Part shown: piece by piece, positions 7,485-17,775 of the stretch | Numbering within the stretch: position 1 is the stretch's first letter | How the letters are laid out: each line of letters opens with the position of its first letter | NCBI GenBank assembly: GCA_028284865.1 | Contig: JANQQV010000017.1 | Coordinates: 261,545-325,544 of the forward strand | Length of the DNA: 64,000 nt | Reading direction: 5' to 3' | Origin: Rhodothermales bacterium | GTDB lineage: Bacteria > Bacteroidota > Rhodothermia > Rhodothermales > UBA10348 | Notes under the pieces: generated by a model | The model's database searches: none | What the model was told of the DNA's origin: nothing | Seen by the model: only the letters and a program-made list of their open reading frames with translations | Translations under genes and position numbers: made by a program

Positions 7485-8837
7485 TCAGGCTGGCTCAGCC
7501 ATCCGATCTGCAATGAACTCACGCAGTACACTGGTCAGCGTGGGCTCACCGATCTCCTGCAGGTTGTAGCTGGCGCGGAGGGCGGGCTGATCGAACGAAA
7601 TCAGGTAGCGCAAGTCGATTGGCGTGGCGATGAGTACCACATCGACGGGAGCCGCGCGGACGGTGGCTTCCAATTCAGCCGTTTGCTCCTTGCCGTATCC
7701 CATGGCGGGTAAGACCGGTCCAGTCGTCGGGTATTTCTCGAAAGTCTCTTTGATGGATCCCACCGCAAATGGCCGCGGATCAACGATTTCCGCAGCGCCA
7801 TATCGACGAGCTGCGACCCAGCCAGCGCCATAGGCCATGCCACCGTGGGTAAGGGTTGGTCCATCTTCGATGACCAGGACGCGTTTTCCAGCCAGTTGCT
7901 CACCGTTTTCGACCAGGATGGGGCTTGCAGCCTCGATCATGGTGGCACCTGGATTGAGCATCGAGACCTGCTCCCGGGCGGTCTGAATGTCCTCAAAAGC
8001 GGCTGTATCGACTTTATTGATCACAACCACGTCGGCCATCCGGACATTGGTTTCGCCGGGATGGTAATGCATGGCGTGATCCGGGCGATGGGGGTCGACG
8101 ACGACAATATTCAGGTCGGGTCGATAGAAGCTGAAGTCATTGTTGCCGCCATCCCAGACGATGATGTCGGCTTCCTGCTCGGCTTGTCGCACGATGGCCT
8201 CATAATCCACACCTGCGTAGATGACGCGACCATTCCGGACATGCGGTTCGTATTCCTCGCGCTCTTCGATGGTCACATCGTGCAGGTCCAGGTCCTCGAA
8301 TGTGGCGAATCGCTGCACGGCTTGCTTGGCCAGGTCCCCGTAGGGCATCGGGTGGCGAATAGCGACGACGCGCAGGCCTTCCTCGGCCAGGATTTCAACG
8401 ACGCGACGGCTGGTCTGGCTTTTGCCAGCGCCCGTACGCGTTGCGCACAGGGAGACGATCGGGACGTTGGATTGGATCATGGTCCGATCGGGACCCTGAA
8501 GGACGAAGTCTGCGCCTGCAGCCGTAGCGCGCGCTCCGAGGTGCATGACCGTTTCGTGGGAGACATCACTGTATGCGAACACGACTTGATCGACTCGCAA
8601 ATCAGCAATCAGCTTTTCGAGATCCTCTTCGGGCTCGATTGGAATGCCGTCGGGATACAGCTCTCCGGCCAGCTCAGGAGGATATCGGCGATCGTCAATG
8701 TTCGGGATCTGCGTGGCCGTGAATGCGACCACTTCGAATCGGTCATCGCCCCGGAAAGCAACATTGAAGTTGTGGAAGTCGCGGCCAGCCGCGCCCATGA
8801 TCAGCACGCGGGTACGAGGATTCGGGTTGGTCGTCAT
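7485..8837 (-). CDS. COG2403-type P-loop protein (cyclic 2,3-diphosphoglycerate synthetase-like / predicted GTPase, 450 aa)
   Basis: The N-terminus RVLIMGAAGRDFHNFNVAFR and the P-loop CATRTGAGKSQTS match the pattern I remember for the cDPG-synthetase-like family. Confidence 0.6.
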   Translation of the reverse strand: MTTNPNPRTRVLIMGAAGRDFHNFNVAFRGDDRFEVVAFTATQIPNIDDRRYPPELAGELYPDGIPIEPEEDLEKLIADLRVDQVVFAYSDVSHETVMHLGARATAAGADFVLQGPDRTMIQSNVPIVSLCATRTGAGKSQTSRRVVEILAEEGLRVVAIRHPMPYGDLAKQAVQRFATFEDLDLHDVTIEEREEYEPHVRNGRVIYAGVDYEAIVRQAEQEADIIVWDGGNNDFSFYRPDLNIVVVDPHRPDHAMHYHPGETNVRMADVVVINKVDTAAFEDIQTAREQVSMLNPGATMIEAASPILVENGEQLAGKRVLVIEDGPTLTHGGMAYGAGWVAARRYGAAEIVDPRPFAVGSIKETFEKYPTTGPVLPAMGYGKEQTAELEATVRAAPVDVVLIATPIDLRYLISFDQPALRASYNLQEIGEPTLTSVLREFIADRMAEPA

Positions 8838-9078
8838 GTCAGTTCGCCGGATGATGAGCTCCCGGGACGATCCCTGGATACATCAGCAATTACTGACTTC
8901 GCACAAGCGTGACTGACAGGATGGTGCCCGGTCCGGGGTAGGGAAAATTCCGATAGCGCCACGCCATGTCCTGCCTACTTGGAAGCGGTCAACCCGAATG
9001 CCCATGACAAGTCGAACGCTAAAATGCGAATCGACCCCGTGACGAATCGAATACGCCTGTCACAACCTGCGGACGCAC

Positions 9079-9113
9079 AAAAAAAGCGCGCCTCGCGGAA
9101 TCGCGAGGCGCGC
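9079..9113 (-). terminator. rho-independent terminator downstream of tRNA-Lys
   Basis: The stem is GCGCGCCTCGCG, loop GAAT, CGCGAGGCGCGC (12-bp perfect). On the minus strand it is followed by seven T (the A-run at 9079-9085 on the plus strand). Confidence 0.8.
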
Positions 9114-9133
9114 TCTGAACGGTCATGGACCTG

Positions 9134-9206
9134 TGATCCCGCCAGGGCTCGAACCTGGGACCCTCTGATTAAAAGTCAGATGCTCTGCCAACTGAGCTAC
9201 GGGATC
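9134..9206 (-). tRNA. tRNA-Lys (anticodon UUU), 73 nt, CCA not encoded
   Basis: The reverse complement is GATCCCG TA GCTC AGTTGGCA GAGC A TCTGA CTTTTAA TCAGA GGGTC CCAGG TTCGAGC CCTGG CGGGATC A. All four stems pair perfectly, and the T-loop TTCGAGC and anticodon loop CT-TTT-AA are present. Confidence 0.95.
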
Positions 9207-9351
9207 GGCGGCTGAACTATACGTATCAGCGCAGACGAGAAAATTACAACATCTCCCGGGAGGGAGCCAAACCGGAGCAATTGAAGGTTCAGTGAGAATG
9301 GGCCTCGGCCCAACCCGTCCAGCCTGAGAGGCTGAACGCTTCTCCGAGCTG

Positions 9352-9783
9352 CTACGAGAGCGACTTCATGGGCGCCCGCATCACCAGCCGTCCCCGCATC
9401 AAATCCGGGGAGAAGTTGATGAAACCGTTGACCAGATAGATCTCTTTCGGTGAACAGTCGACAATCAATTTCGCTTCCAGGTCGCCCTTCCGCCGGTCCT
9501 CCGTAAAAATGGCCGCGACCAATCCATTGGAGGCCGTGCCCTTGAACACATCCATCTCGTCGCCATCGACCGTGTCCGTTCCGTTCACGAACCCGTAGTC
9601 GATCGGGTACACAATATCCGGATGGTTGGGGTGCTGCGAGCCTGCCGCTCGTTCGATGGTAATGCCCTTCAGTTGGATCAAAGCGTCCCACTGCTCCCAA
9701 TCCACGAATCCAGGTCGTCCGCCCGGATTGGCATCATCGGGGTCTCCGGAACTCAATCGCCCGAATTCGTCCGTGATTGCCAT
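9352..9783 (-). CDS. small inorganic-pyrophosphatase-like protein (143 aa)
   Basis: YPIDYGFVNGTDTVDGDEMDVF resembles the family I PPase metal-binding motif. Its ATG overlaps the aspS stop by 1 nt (TGATG on the minus strand). Confidence 0.5.
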   Translation of the reverse strand: MAITDEFGRLSSGDPDDANPGGRPGFVDWEQWDALIQLKGITIERAAGSQHPNHPDIVYPIDYGFVNGTDTVDGDEMDVFKGTASNGLVAAIFTEDRRKGDLEAKLIVDCSPKEIYLVNGFINFSPDLMRGRLVMRAPMKSLS

Positions 9784-11627
9784 CACGCGTCGTCGTCCGA
9801 ACGTTCAATGAGCTGGATGTGCAGATCCTGAAGCTGATGCTCGTCGACCACATCGGGAGACTGGACCATCGGCTCCTGTGCGCTCTGCGTCTTCGGGAAG
9901 ACAATGACATCCCGCAATGACGAAGCGCCGGTGAGGAGCATCACGATGCGGTCCAGACCGAAGGCGATGCCACCATGTGGAGGCGCACCAAACCGGAATG
10001 CATCGAGCAGGAAACCGAAACGGGCCTGTGCTTCTTCCTCATCGATTCCCAGCGCATCGAACATCTGCTGCTGCACGTCTGGGCGATGGATACGAATGGA
10101 ACCACCGCCAATCTCCGATCCGTTCAGAACGACATCGTAAGCCTGGGCACGGACTGAACCGGGGTCTTCGCCCAGTTTGCCCATATCCTCGGCGCGAGGC
10201 GAGGTGAATGGGTGGTGCATGGCGTGGAATCGTCCGGAGTCCTCGTCCCACTCGAGCAGCGGGAAGTCGGTGACCCAGAGGAACTTCCATGGCCCGTCCG
10301 GGCTGTCCGAGATGAGTCCCAGATCCCGACCAATGTGGAGGCGGAGGTCGCCCACCTGTTCGAACACTTTCGGCGCGGTGCCAGCAAGGATCAGCACGGC
10401 ATCGCCAGCTGATGCGCCAGTCTGGGCCACAGCGGCATTCACGAAATCGGTCGGAAGGACCTCCGACTTGACGCTCGAAACGGTTTCTGATCCGTCGGAG
10501 GGCAAGCGGAAGTGGATCAGTCCGCCGGCGCCAATCTTCTGACGGACGATGTTCTTGTCGAGCTTATCCATTTTGCCGCGACCCGCATCACCCATTCCGG
10601 GCACCACGATGCCGACGACGGCGCCGCCTTCGTCAATAACGGAGTCGAACAGTCGGAAGCCGCTGCCTTTGAAGGTGTCGCTCAAGTCGTGCAGCTCCAT
10701 GCCGAAGCGCAGGTCTGGCTTGTCAGAGCCATACGTCCGGATGGCCTGGTCGTAGGACATCCGCGGGAAGGGGAGTTCGAGGTCGACGCCTTTGACATCC
10801 TTCCAGATCTGGGCAAGCATGCCCTCAGCCGTCTCGTAGATCAGGTCTTCCGTCGCGAACGTCATTTCGACGTCGATCTGGGTAAACTCGGGCTGGCGGT
10901 CCGCACGAAGGTCCTCATCGCGGAAGCACTTCACGATCTGGAAGTAGCGGTCCATACCAGCTACCATCAGGATCTGCTTGTAGGTCTGAGGGCTCTGGGG
11001 GAGAGCGAAGAACTTGCCGGCGTGGACACGCGAAGGCACGAGGTAATCGCGCGCGCCTTCCGGGGTGGATTTCATCAGGACAGGCGTTTCGACTTCCACG
11101 AAGTCTTCCGCATCGTAGAAGCGGCGAACGGCCTGGTACACGCTGTGACGCAGTAGTACGTTGTTCTTCAACTCCTGACGCCGCAGATCGAGATAGCGAT
11201 ACTTCAGGCGAAGGTCTTCCGAAGCGTTGGTTTCACGACTCTCCTGAGCCGACACCATGAAGGGCAGCGGCTCGGACGTGTTGAGCACGATCAGGTCGTC
11301 AGCCATGACTTCAATGGCCGCGGTCGGCATGCCTGCGTGTTTGGCAGCGACTTCGCGTTCGCGTACCGACCCTTTCACCGAGATGACGAATTCGAACCGC
11401 AGGGATTCCGCCAGCTTGGCAGTTTCCGCGTTGTGTTCTGGGTTGAACACGATCTGCGTGATGCCATAGCGGTCACGCAAGTCGACGAAGATGAGACCTC
11501 CGAGGTCGCGTCGGGAATCCACCCAGCCCTTGAGGACTACGGACTGGCCTGCATGCTCGGCGCGAAGCTCGCCACTGTTGTGGGTGCGGCGACCGTGGGA
11601 ATCAACCTGGAACTGGGAAACGGACAT
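9783..11627 (-). CDS. aspS: aspartate--tRNA ligase (614 aa)
   Basis: Class IIb motifs are present: an N-terminal OB fold (VVLKGWVDSRRDLGGLIFVDLRDRYG), FRDEDLRADRQPEFTQID, and GGGSIRIH ... PPHGGIAFGLDR. Confidence 0.97.
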   Translation of the reverse strand: MSVSQFQVDSHGRRTHNSGELRAEHAGQSVVLKGWVDSRRDLGGLIFVDLRDRYGITQIVFNPEHNAETAKLAESLRFEFVISVKGSVREREVAAKHAGMPTAAIEVMADDLIVLNTSEPLPFMVSAQESRETNASEDLRLKYRYLDLRRQELKNNVLLRHSVYQAVRRFYDAEDFVEVETPVLMKSTPEGARDYLVPSRVHAGKFFALPQSPQTYKQILMVAGMDRYFQIVKCFRDEDLRADRQPEFTQIDVEMTFATEDLIYETAEGMLAQIWKDVKGVDLELPFPRMSYDQAIRTYGSDKPDLRFGMELHDLSDTFKGSGFRLFDSVIDEGGAVVGIVVPGMGDAGRGKMDKLDKNIVRQKIGAGGLIHFRLPSDGSETVSSVKSEVLPTDFVNAAVAQTGASAGDAVLILAGTAPKVFEQVGDLRLHIGRDLGLISDSPDGPWKFLWVTDFPLLEWDEDSGRFHAMHHPFTSPRAEDMGKLGEDPGSVRAQAYDVVLNGSEIGGGSIRIHRPDVQQQMFDALGIDEEEAQARFGFLLDAFRFGAPPHGGIAFGLDRIVMLLTGASSLRDVIVFPKTQSAQEPMVQSPDVVDEHQLQDLHIQLIERSDDDA

Positions 11628-11827
11628 GGAGCGATGGCTTGGATCGATAGTATGGATCGATTACGGGGCCCGCTGAGGGCCACGAGTCATAAAAACCCGC
11701 CGTAATCCTCAAAGATAGGGGCTTGTCGCGCGCGGGTGGCTGAAAAAATCGTTTAGACTGGCCGGGTCGGTTTCTATATCTTGAGCTGTTCTTTCCGTCA
11801 TCCCCGCCCATTATCCCGCACATTGAC

Positions 11828-13318
<1,491 letters not shown>

Positions 13319-13359
13319 CGGAGCAATCCACATTCCGCTGCGTATCTTGAAAATGACAC

Positions 13360-13391
13360 GGGCGGGGCGATCTTCGATCGCCCCGCCCTTT
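13360..13391. terminator. bidirectional terminator hairpin between convergent genes
   Basis: GGGCGGGGCGATC, loop TTC, GATCGCCCCGCCC form a 13-bp perfect stem. It is followed by TTT on the plus strand and lies between the stops at 13318 (+) and 13436 (-). Confidence 0.7.
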
Positions 13392-13435
13392 GCGTGTCAG
13401 GCCAACATGCGTTTCATGCTCTGCCGAAAAGTTGA

Positions 13436-15199
13436 CTAGAAGCTCGGGTTGAATCGGATCCAGACAGACGGCTTGTAATCCGTGCCCAGATCCTGAAGCG
13501 GCCACGCAACCTCGAGGCGGAGGTCATGGTCATCAAGCGCGACGCCGAAGCCGGCCGAGCTGAACATGTCCTCAGCCGAGAAGACGTCGCTTCCTGCCTG
13601 CAGGTTGGTCCAGCCGGCATCAAACGTTCCGAAGATGGTCAGGTCATCGAGGGCCCAGTCAACCAGATCAGCATCGAAGAGCGCCAGCTCGGCATTGGCG
13701 AGCACCATCCGCGTTCCGATGAATTGATTCTGGTTGTAGCCTCGCACTGAGCCGATGCCGCCCAGCGTGAAGGCCTTCTGCAGCGGCACCGTGCCTTCTG
13801 TGAATCCACCGCGGAAGCGCAGGCTCAAGCCGGTTTCCCGCGTCAGGCGGGCGTAGGTACGCACATCACCCAAATACCGTGAGTAGTCGAAATCACCGCC
13901 CATGTCCTGACCGAGCTCGGCCTCCAATCGGAACGCCATTCCGCTCGGCTGGCGATACCGATTGCTGATGCTACCCCCTTCGAAGGCAAGCACAATCGAG
14001 TTCATCAGACCCTCGTTGATTCTCGGGTTCGCCCTGAAATTACCTTCTCCAAAGATGGACCAATTGGTATTCCGACTGAGCGACTGATAGTCTTCGCTCC
14101 GGTAGGCCGCGCTCAGCTGCGCATACCGTGACAGGCGTGCCACGGCATAGCCTGTCCAGCCTTCTGTCTGGAAGTAGTCGAAAAAGTCGTGGCGGAAGAA
14201 GAAGGCGAACGCCGTGTTTTCTCCCCACGAGGCTTTCCAGAGATCATCCGTATCGGTGTTGCGCTGATACGATCCACCAACCTTCAGGTCCACGATTGGG
14301 GTGTGCTTACGACTTCCGAATCGAGTCTCTGCACCAATGCGATACTGCCACTGATCCAGTGCGAAGGCATAACCTCCTTGGCCATATATGCGCCCGCGAT
14401 CCCAGCTGGACCACTCCAGTGGTGCGCGCGAGACACCCAGGAAGAGACCCTCTACCCGGTTATATCGGATCGATGGGATATTGCGATACCAGGCCTGGTT
14501 CTGGTATGGCCATTTCCAATTCCATTCGCCAAAGGCATCCGAATCATCGAAGGAATCGAAGCTGCCACTTTTCCAGGTGTCACGCCACGTGTTTCGGATT
14601 TCTTCGCGGTCGCGCTTCCAGCGATGCTCTTCTCGACGCTCCCATCGGTCGTCTTCATCCCACCAGTCATCGTCGGTTGTCTTGATGGCAACGCGGTCGC
14701 GTCCATTGCGAATTTCATAGCGATTCGGGGCGTCCCGACGAATACGGACATCCTCATCGGCGGCCTCCTCGATCGCGTCCTCGAGGTCATCCAGCACGGA
14801 GGCCAGACGATAGGCGAGGTCATCCTCGCCGCGGTCATCGAGAGCTTCGACTATCTTCTCCAGGTCGCGCTCGATCTCGCGCAGCATCGCCAGTAGATCC
14901 TCCTCTGGCATGCCGCGGAAGCCACCAGTCACGGGGCCGCTCAATGTGAGGCGATCATTGATGGCCAGGATTTGATCATTGATGGGCTCAGTGGCGTGTC
15001 GCTGCGTGACATCACTGAGGAGGCCCATGACTTTCTGAACGGCCGAGACGACTGTTTCATATTCGGCAGGTACGCGGCTGTCGACCGTGCGCGTGTCCTG
15101 ACGTGCATGGGCGTGCTGAGGAATGGCCAATGCGGCTATCGTCAAGAGGACGCCAAGAGATTTGAAAAGGGAGGTATTGCGGTAGCGGAAGAAACGCAT
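13436..15199 (-). CDS. Omp85/BamA-family outer-membrane barrel protein with a non-POTRA acidic/Trp-rich N-terminal region (587 aa)
   Basis: The start is moved to the ATG at 15199, giving MRFFRYRNTSLFKSLGVLLTIAALAIPQHAHA, a signal peptide. The C-terminal surface-antigen barrel carries TLGGIGSVRGY and ends ...VWIRFNPSF. The N-terminal half is helical and acidic and includes DDDWWDEDDRWERREEHRWKRDREEIRNTWRDTW. Confidence 0.7.
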   Translation of the reverse strand: MRFFRYRNTSLFKSLGVLLTIAALAIPQHAHARQDTRTVDSRVPAEYETVVSAVQKVMGLLSDVTQRHATEPINDQILAINDRLTLSGPVTGGFRGMPEEDLLAMLREIERDLEKIVEALDDRGEDDLAYRLASVLDDLEDAIEEAADEDVRIRRDAPNRYEIRNGRDRVAIKTTDDDWWDEDDRWERREEHRWKRDREEIRNTWRDTWKSGSFDSFDDSDAFGEWNWKWPYQNQAWYRNIPSIRYNRVEGLFLGVSRAPLEWSSWDRGRIYGQGGYAFALDQWQYRIGAETRFGSRKHTPIVDLKVGGSYQRNTDTDDLWKASWGENTAFAFFFRHDFFDYFQTEGWTGYAVARLSRYAQLSAAYRSEDYQSLSRNTNWSIFGEGNFRANPRINEGLMNSIVLAFEGGSISNRYRQPSGMAFRLEAELGQDMGGDFDYSRYLGDVRTYARLTRETGLSLRFRGGFTEGTVPLQKAFTLGGIGSVRGYNQNQFIGTRMVLANAELALFDADLVDWALDDLTIFGTFDAGWTNLQAGSDVFSAEDMFSSAGFGVALDDHDLRLEVAWPLQDLGTDYKPSVWIRFNPSF

Positions 15200-15376
15200 G
15201 GGTTTCAGGGTATTGTCCTTTTGATTGGGCCGGTCGCTCGCTCGTTCGCTCTGTATGCGGCATTCAGATAGCCGCCGGTTTGGCTGTGCGGGCAACAGGC
15301 ACGATCCGTATTGTTTCCGCAGGTACGTCCCAGCTCCAGAAACGGTTACAAGGGGAGAGGAATACCCCTGAATCAC

Positions 15377-16636
15377 CTACGATATCGCTTCGGTGGCCCT
15401 TACGGGGCGCATCAGGGCCGGAGCGAACAGGATCAGGATCAGTACCTGTGTGGCGACGGTAGCCCAGGCCGCTCCCAGGGCAGACATCTGGGGGATGAGT
15501 ATCAAGTTCAAGCCGATGTTCACCACTGCCGCTGATGCAAGCACGATGGCCAAGCGATTCTGCTGGTGCGTAGCCGTCAAATGCGTGATGCCAATCTGGT
15601 TGATGGCATTGATTACAAACGAAATCAGCAGGATGCGCAGAAGACCGATAGCTGGAACGGCCTCCGGACTGGGGTCCAGGAAGGGGATGATCCAGGGCGA
15701 CAGGACCCAGATGATGAGCGCTGCCCCGCCTGCGGCGAAGGTCATTCCAACGATGCCCCGTCGGAACAGGGAGGTGAAGGATGCAGCGTCCTCGTCGCGG
15801 AGGGAAGAAAGCCGAGGCAGCAATACCGACGACACGATGAACGGCAACAAGACCATCGCTTCCGTGATGCGGAATGCGAGACCATATTGACCGGTGATCA
15901 GATCACCCTCCATGGTCTCCAGCATGATGCTGTCCGTGCGATAGTAGAGCAAGACAAAGACGGACGACAGCCCGAGCGGAATGGCATGAGGCATCGCCTT
16001 TCGGTAAAAAGACCAGGCAATGTCCGAGAATGCGAATCGAGCCATCTTGACATGCGTCCAGGCAAACGTCCCCGCAAACGCGAGCGCCATACCGACACTC
16101 ATCCCCAGCATGGCCGACGCTGCGTTCGGAGCCACGGTGAGCGCCCAACTTCCTGCGCCGATCACCAGGGCCTTTTCGGCGATGGTTGATCCGGCCTCAA
16201 TCTGGAACTGCTCGTGGGCACGGAAGACAGCGCGACAATACTCCAGCAAGTTGCGGAAGAAGACATAGGTGCCTGCGAAGAGGACCACATCAAGGGCACC
16301 CGTGCCCAATGCCAATCGAATCCCGAGGCCAACCCCGATAGCCACGAGGGACAAGACCAGTCTGGAGATGAGCAAATTGGAGAAAAAGAGTCCGGACCGG
16401 GAAGGGTCACGAGCCAATTCGCGAATGGTGTAGGGTGATGAACCCAAAGTCAGCGACCCGTCACAGATGCTCATCAGCGCCAGAGCGGCCGTCATCACGC
16501 CATACTCGGCCAGGCCCATGAAGCGGATGCATACCAGCGTGATGAACAGGAACCAGGCTGGCTTGACGATCAGGTTCGGTATCGTCATCCAACTCATGTT
16601 GCGGATCAACCCACTCATTCCCCGGGACGTGCTCAT
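15377..16636 (-). CDS. oligosaccharide flippase (Wzx/MOP family, 419 aa)
   Basis: It is a polytopic membrane protein of about 12 TM. It overlaps the upstream glycosyltransferase gene by 4 nt and sits in a polysaccharide operon. Confidence 0.75.
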   Translation of the reverse strand: MSTSRGMSGLIRNMSWMTIPNLIVKPAWFLFITLVCIRFMGLAEYGVMTAALALMSICDGSLTLGSSPYTIRELARDPSRSGLFFSNLLISRLVLSLVAIGVGLGIRLALGTGALDVVLFAGTYVFFRNLLEYCRAVFRAHEQFQIEAGSTIAEKALVIGAGSWALTVAPNAASAMLGMSVGMALAFAGTFAWTHVKMARFAFSDIAWSFYRKAMPHAIPLGLSSVFVLLYYRTDSIMLETMEGDLITGQYGLAFRITEAMVLLPFIVSSVLLPRLSSLRDEDAASFTSLFRRGIVGMTFAAGGAALIIWVLSPWIIPFLDPSPEAVPAIGLLRILLISFVINAINQIGITHLTATHQQNRLAIVLASAAVVNIGLNLILIPQMSALGAAWATVATQVLILILFAPALMRPVRATEAIS

Positions 16637-17775
16637 GCCATGTCACCCTCTTGCGTGACCTGACCAATCAGGTCGATCCACTGATGTGCAACGACTTGCG
16701 GGGCATAGTAGGACTCAAAGCGTGCTCTGGCCGAACGAGCTGCCCGCTCCCAGGTGACATCGTGGGAAAGCTTGGCAATGGCGGCCGAAATGGCCTCTGG
16801 ATCTCGGGCTGGTACCGTCAGGCCCGCAGCATCATCCGAATTCGCACCGACAAGCCCAGGCATGCCGCCATCGTCAGCGACAACACATGGGGTGCCCGCT
16901 GCCATGGCTTCCATGATGGAAAGAGGCTGGGCTTCCCGAAGCCAGGATGGCAGCACGAACAGGTCGGCCTCCAAATACTCGTGAGCGATCTGCGATCGAT
17001 CCATGAGCGGGCCGCGGTGGCGCACGTGGTCAGTCAGGTCCAGTTCGCGCACCTTCGATTCGAATCGTTCCTGTTCGCCTGTGTGTGGCCACCCGCCAGC
17101 AAAGACCCACTGACAAACAAACCCTTCGTCATTCAGCAAGGCCGCCGCTTCCAGTACATCCTCCCAGCCTTTCTCGCGGATCATGTTGCTTAGAAAGAGC
17201 ACGCGAAAGGGTTCATTTCGACCTTTGCCGATGCGATCAGCCACTGAAGCTGTATCGGGAATCAGGGCCGCATCGAGTGTGTTGGGGATGACCGCGCGGC
17301 GCCGCACAGGCAGCCACTCGGCACAGGCCTCGGAAAGCAGCGAAGCAGTAAACACTACCCGATTCAGTGTTGGCAACAGGCGCCGCGCGGTAGCCCGGGT
17401 CGCCTTGTTTTCGAATACGGTCGCAAACTTGCCCCAGTGCGCCACCGCAATCACCCTCCTTCCTTTCAGATGCGGAAAAACTGTAGCCACGTCTCGCAGA
17501 TGTCCAGCCGTTTCCGGGGAGATCGACGTCCAGATGACCAGGGCTTCAGGGTGCTGGTCCAGCAGGTTGCCGATTCTCTTACCGGCTTGACGATAGTGCC
17601 CCAATTTCTCGAGATGTGACGCCTCAGCCGGAATCATGGTGTTCACCCGGTGGATCGTCGTTTCCGCTTGAAGCTGTTCTGCAAGGCGCAGCGTGGCTAC
17701 TGACTGTCCGTCCGGGGGGGGAGGAAAGCGTCCAATAACGATGATATGGGCTGGAAGTCGGGACATCTCAGGCAC
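16633..17775 (-). CDS. glycosyltransferase, GT4-like (380 aa)
   Basis: The C-terminal GT-B motif is REAQPLSIMEAMAAGTPCVVADDGGMPGLV. It overlaps the upstream gene by 8 nt. Confidence 0.85.
   Translation of the reverse strand: MPEMSRLPAHIIVIGRFPPPPDGQSVATLRLAEQLQAETTIHRVNTMIPAEASHLEKLGHYRQAGKRIGNLLDQHPEALVIWTSISPETAGHLRDVATVFPHLKGRRVIAVAHWGKFATVFENKATRATARRLLPTLNRVVFTASLLSEACAEWLPVRRRAVIPNTLDAALIPDTASVADRIGKGRNEPFRVLFLSNMIREKGWEDVLEAAALLNDEGFVCQWVFAGGWPHTGEQERFESKVRELDLTDHVRHRGPLMDRSQIAHEYLEADLFVLPSWLREAQPLSIMEAMAAGTPCVVADDGGMPGLVGANSDDAAGLTVPARDPEAISAAIAKLSHDVTWERAARSARARFESYYAPQVVAHQWIDLIGQVTQEGDMA

Noticed and set aside
7845-8912. A 355-aa plus-strand ORF antisense to the COG2403 P-loop gene.
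   Set aside because: This is a shadow ORF. The minus frame carries the P-loop and a sensible start.
9134-9206. tRNA-Lys considered as a genomic-island or prophage integration site.
   Set aside because: I could see no integrase, no transposase and no direct repeat of the tRNA 3' end nearby. The flanking genes are housekeeping.
8979-9215. A 78-aa plus-strand ORF.
   Set aside because: It runs across the terminator and the whole tRNA-Lys gene on the opposite strand, so it is not credible as coding.
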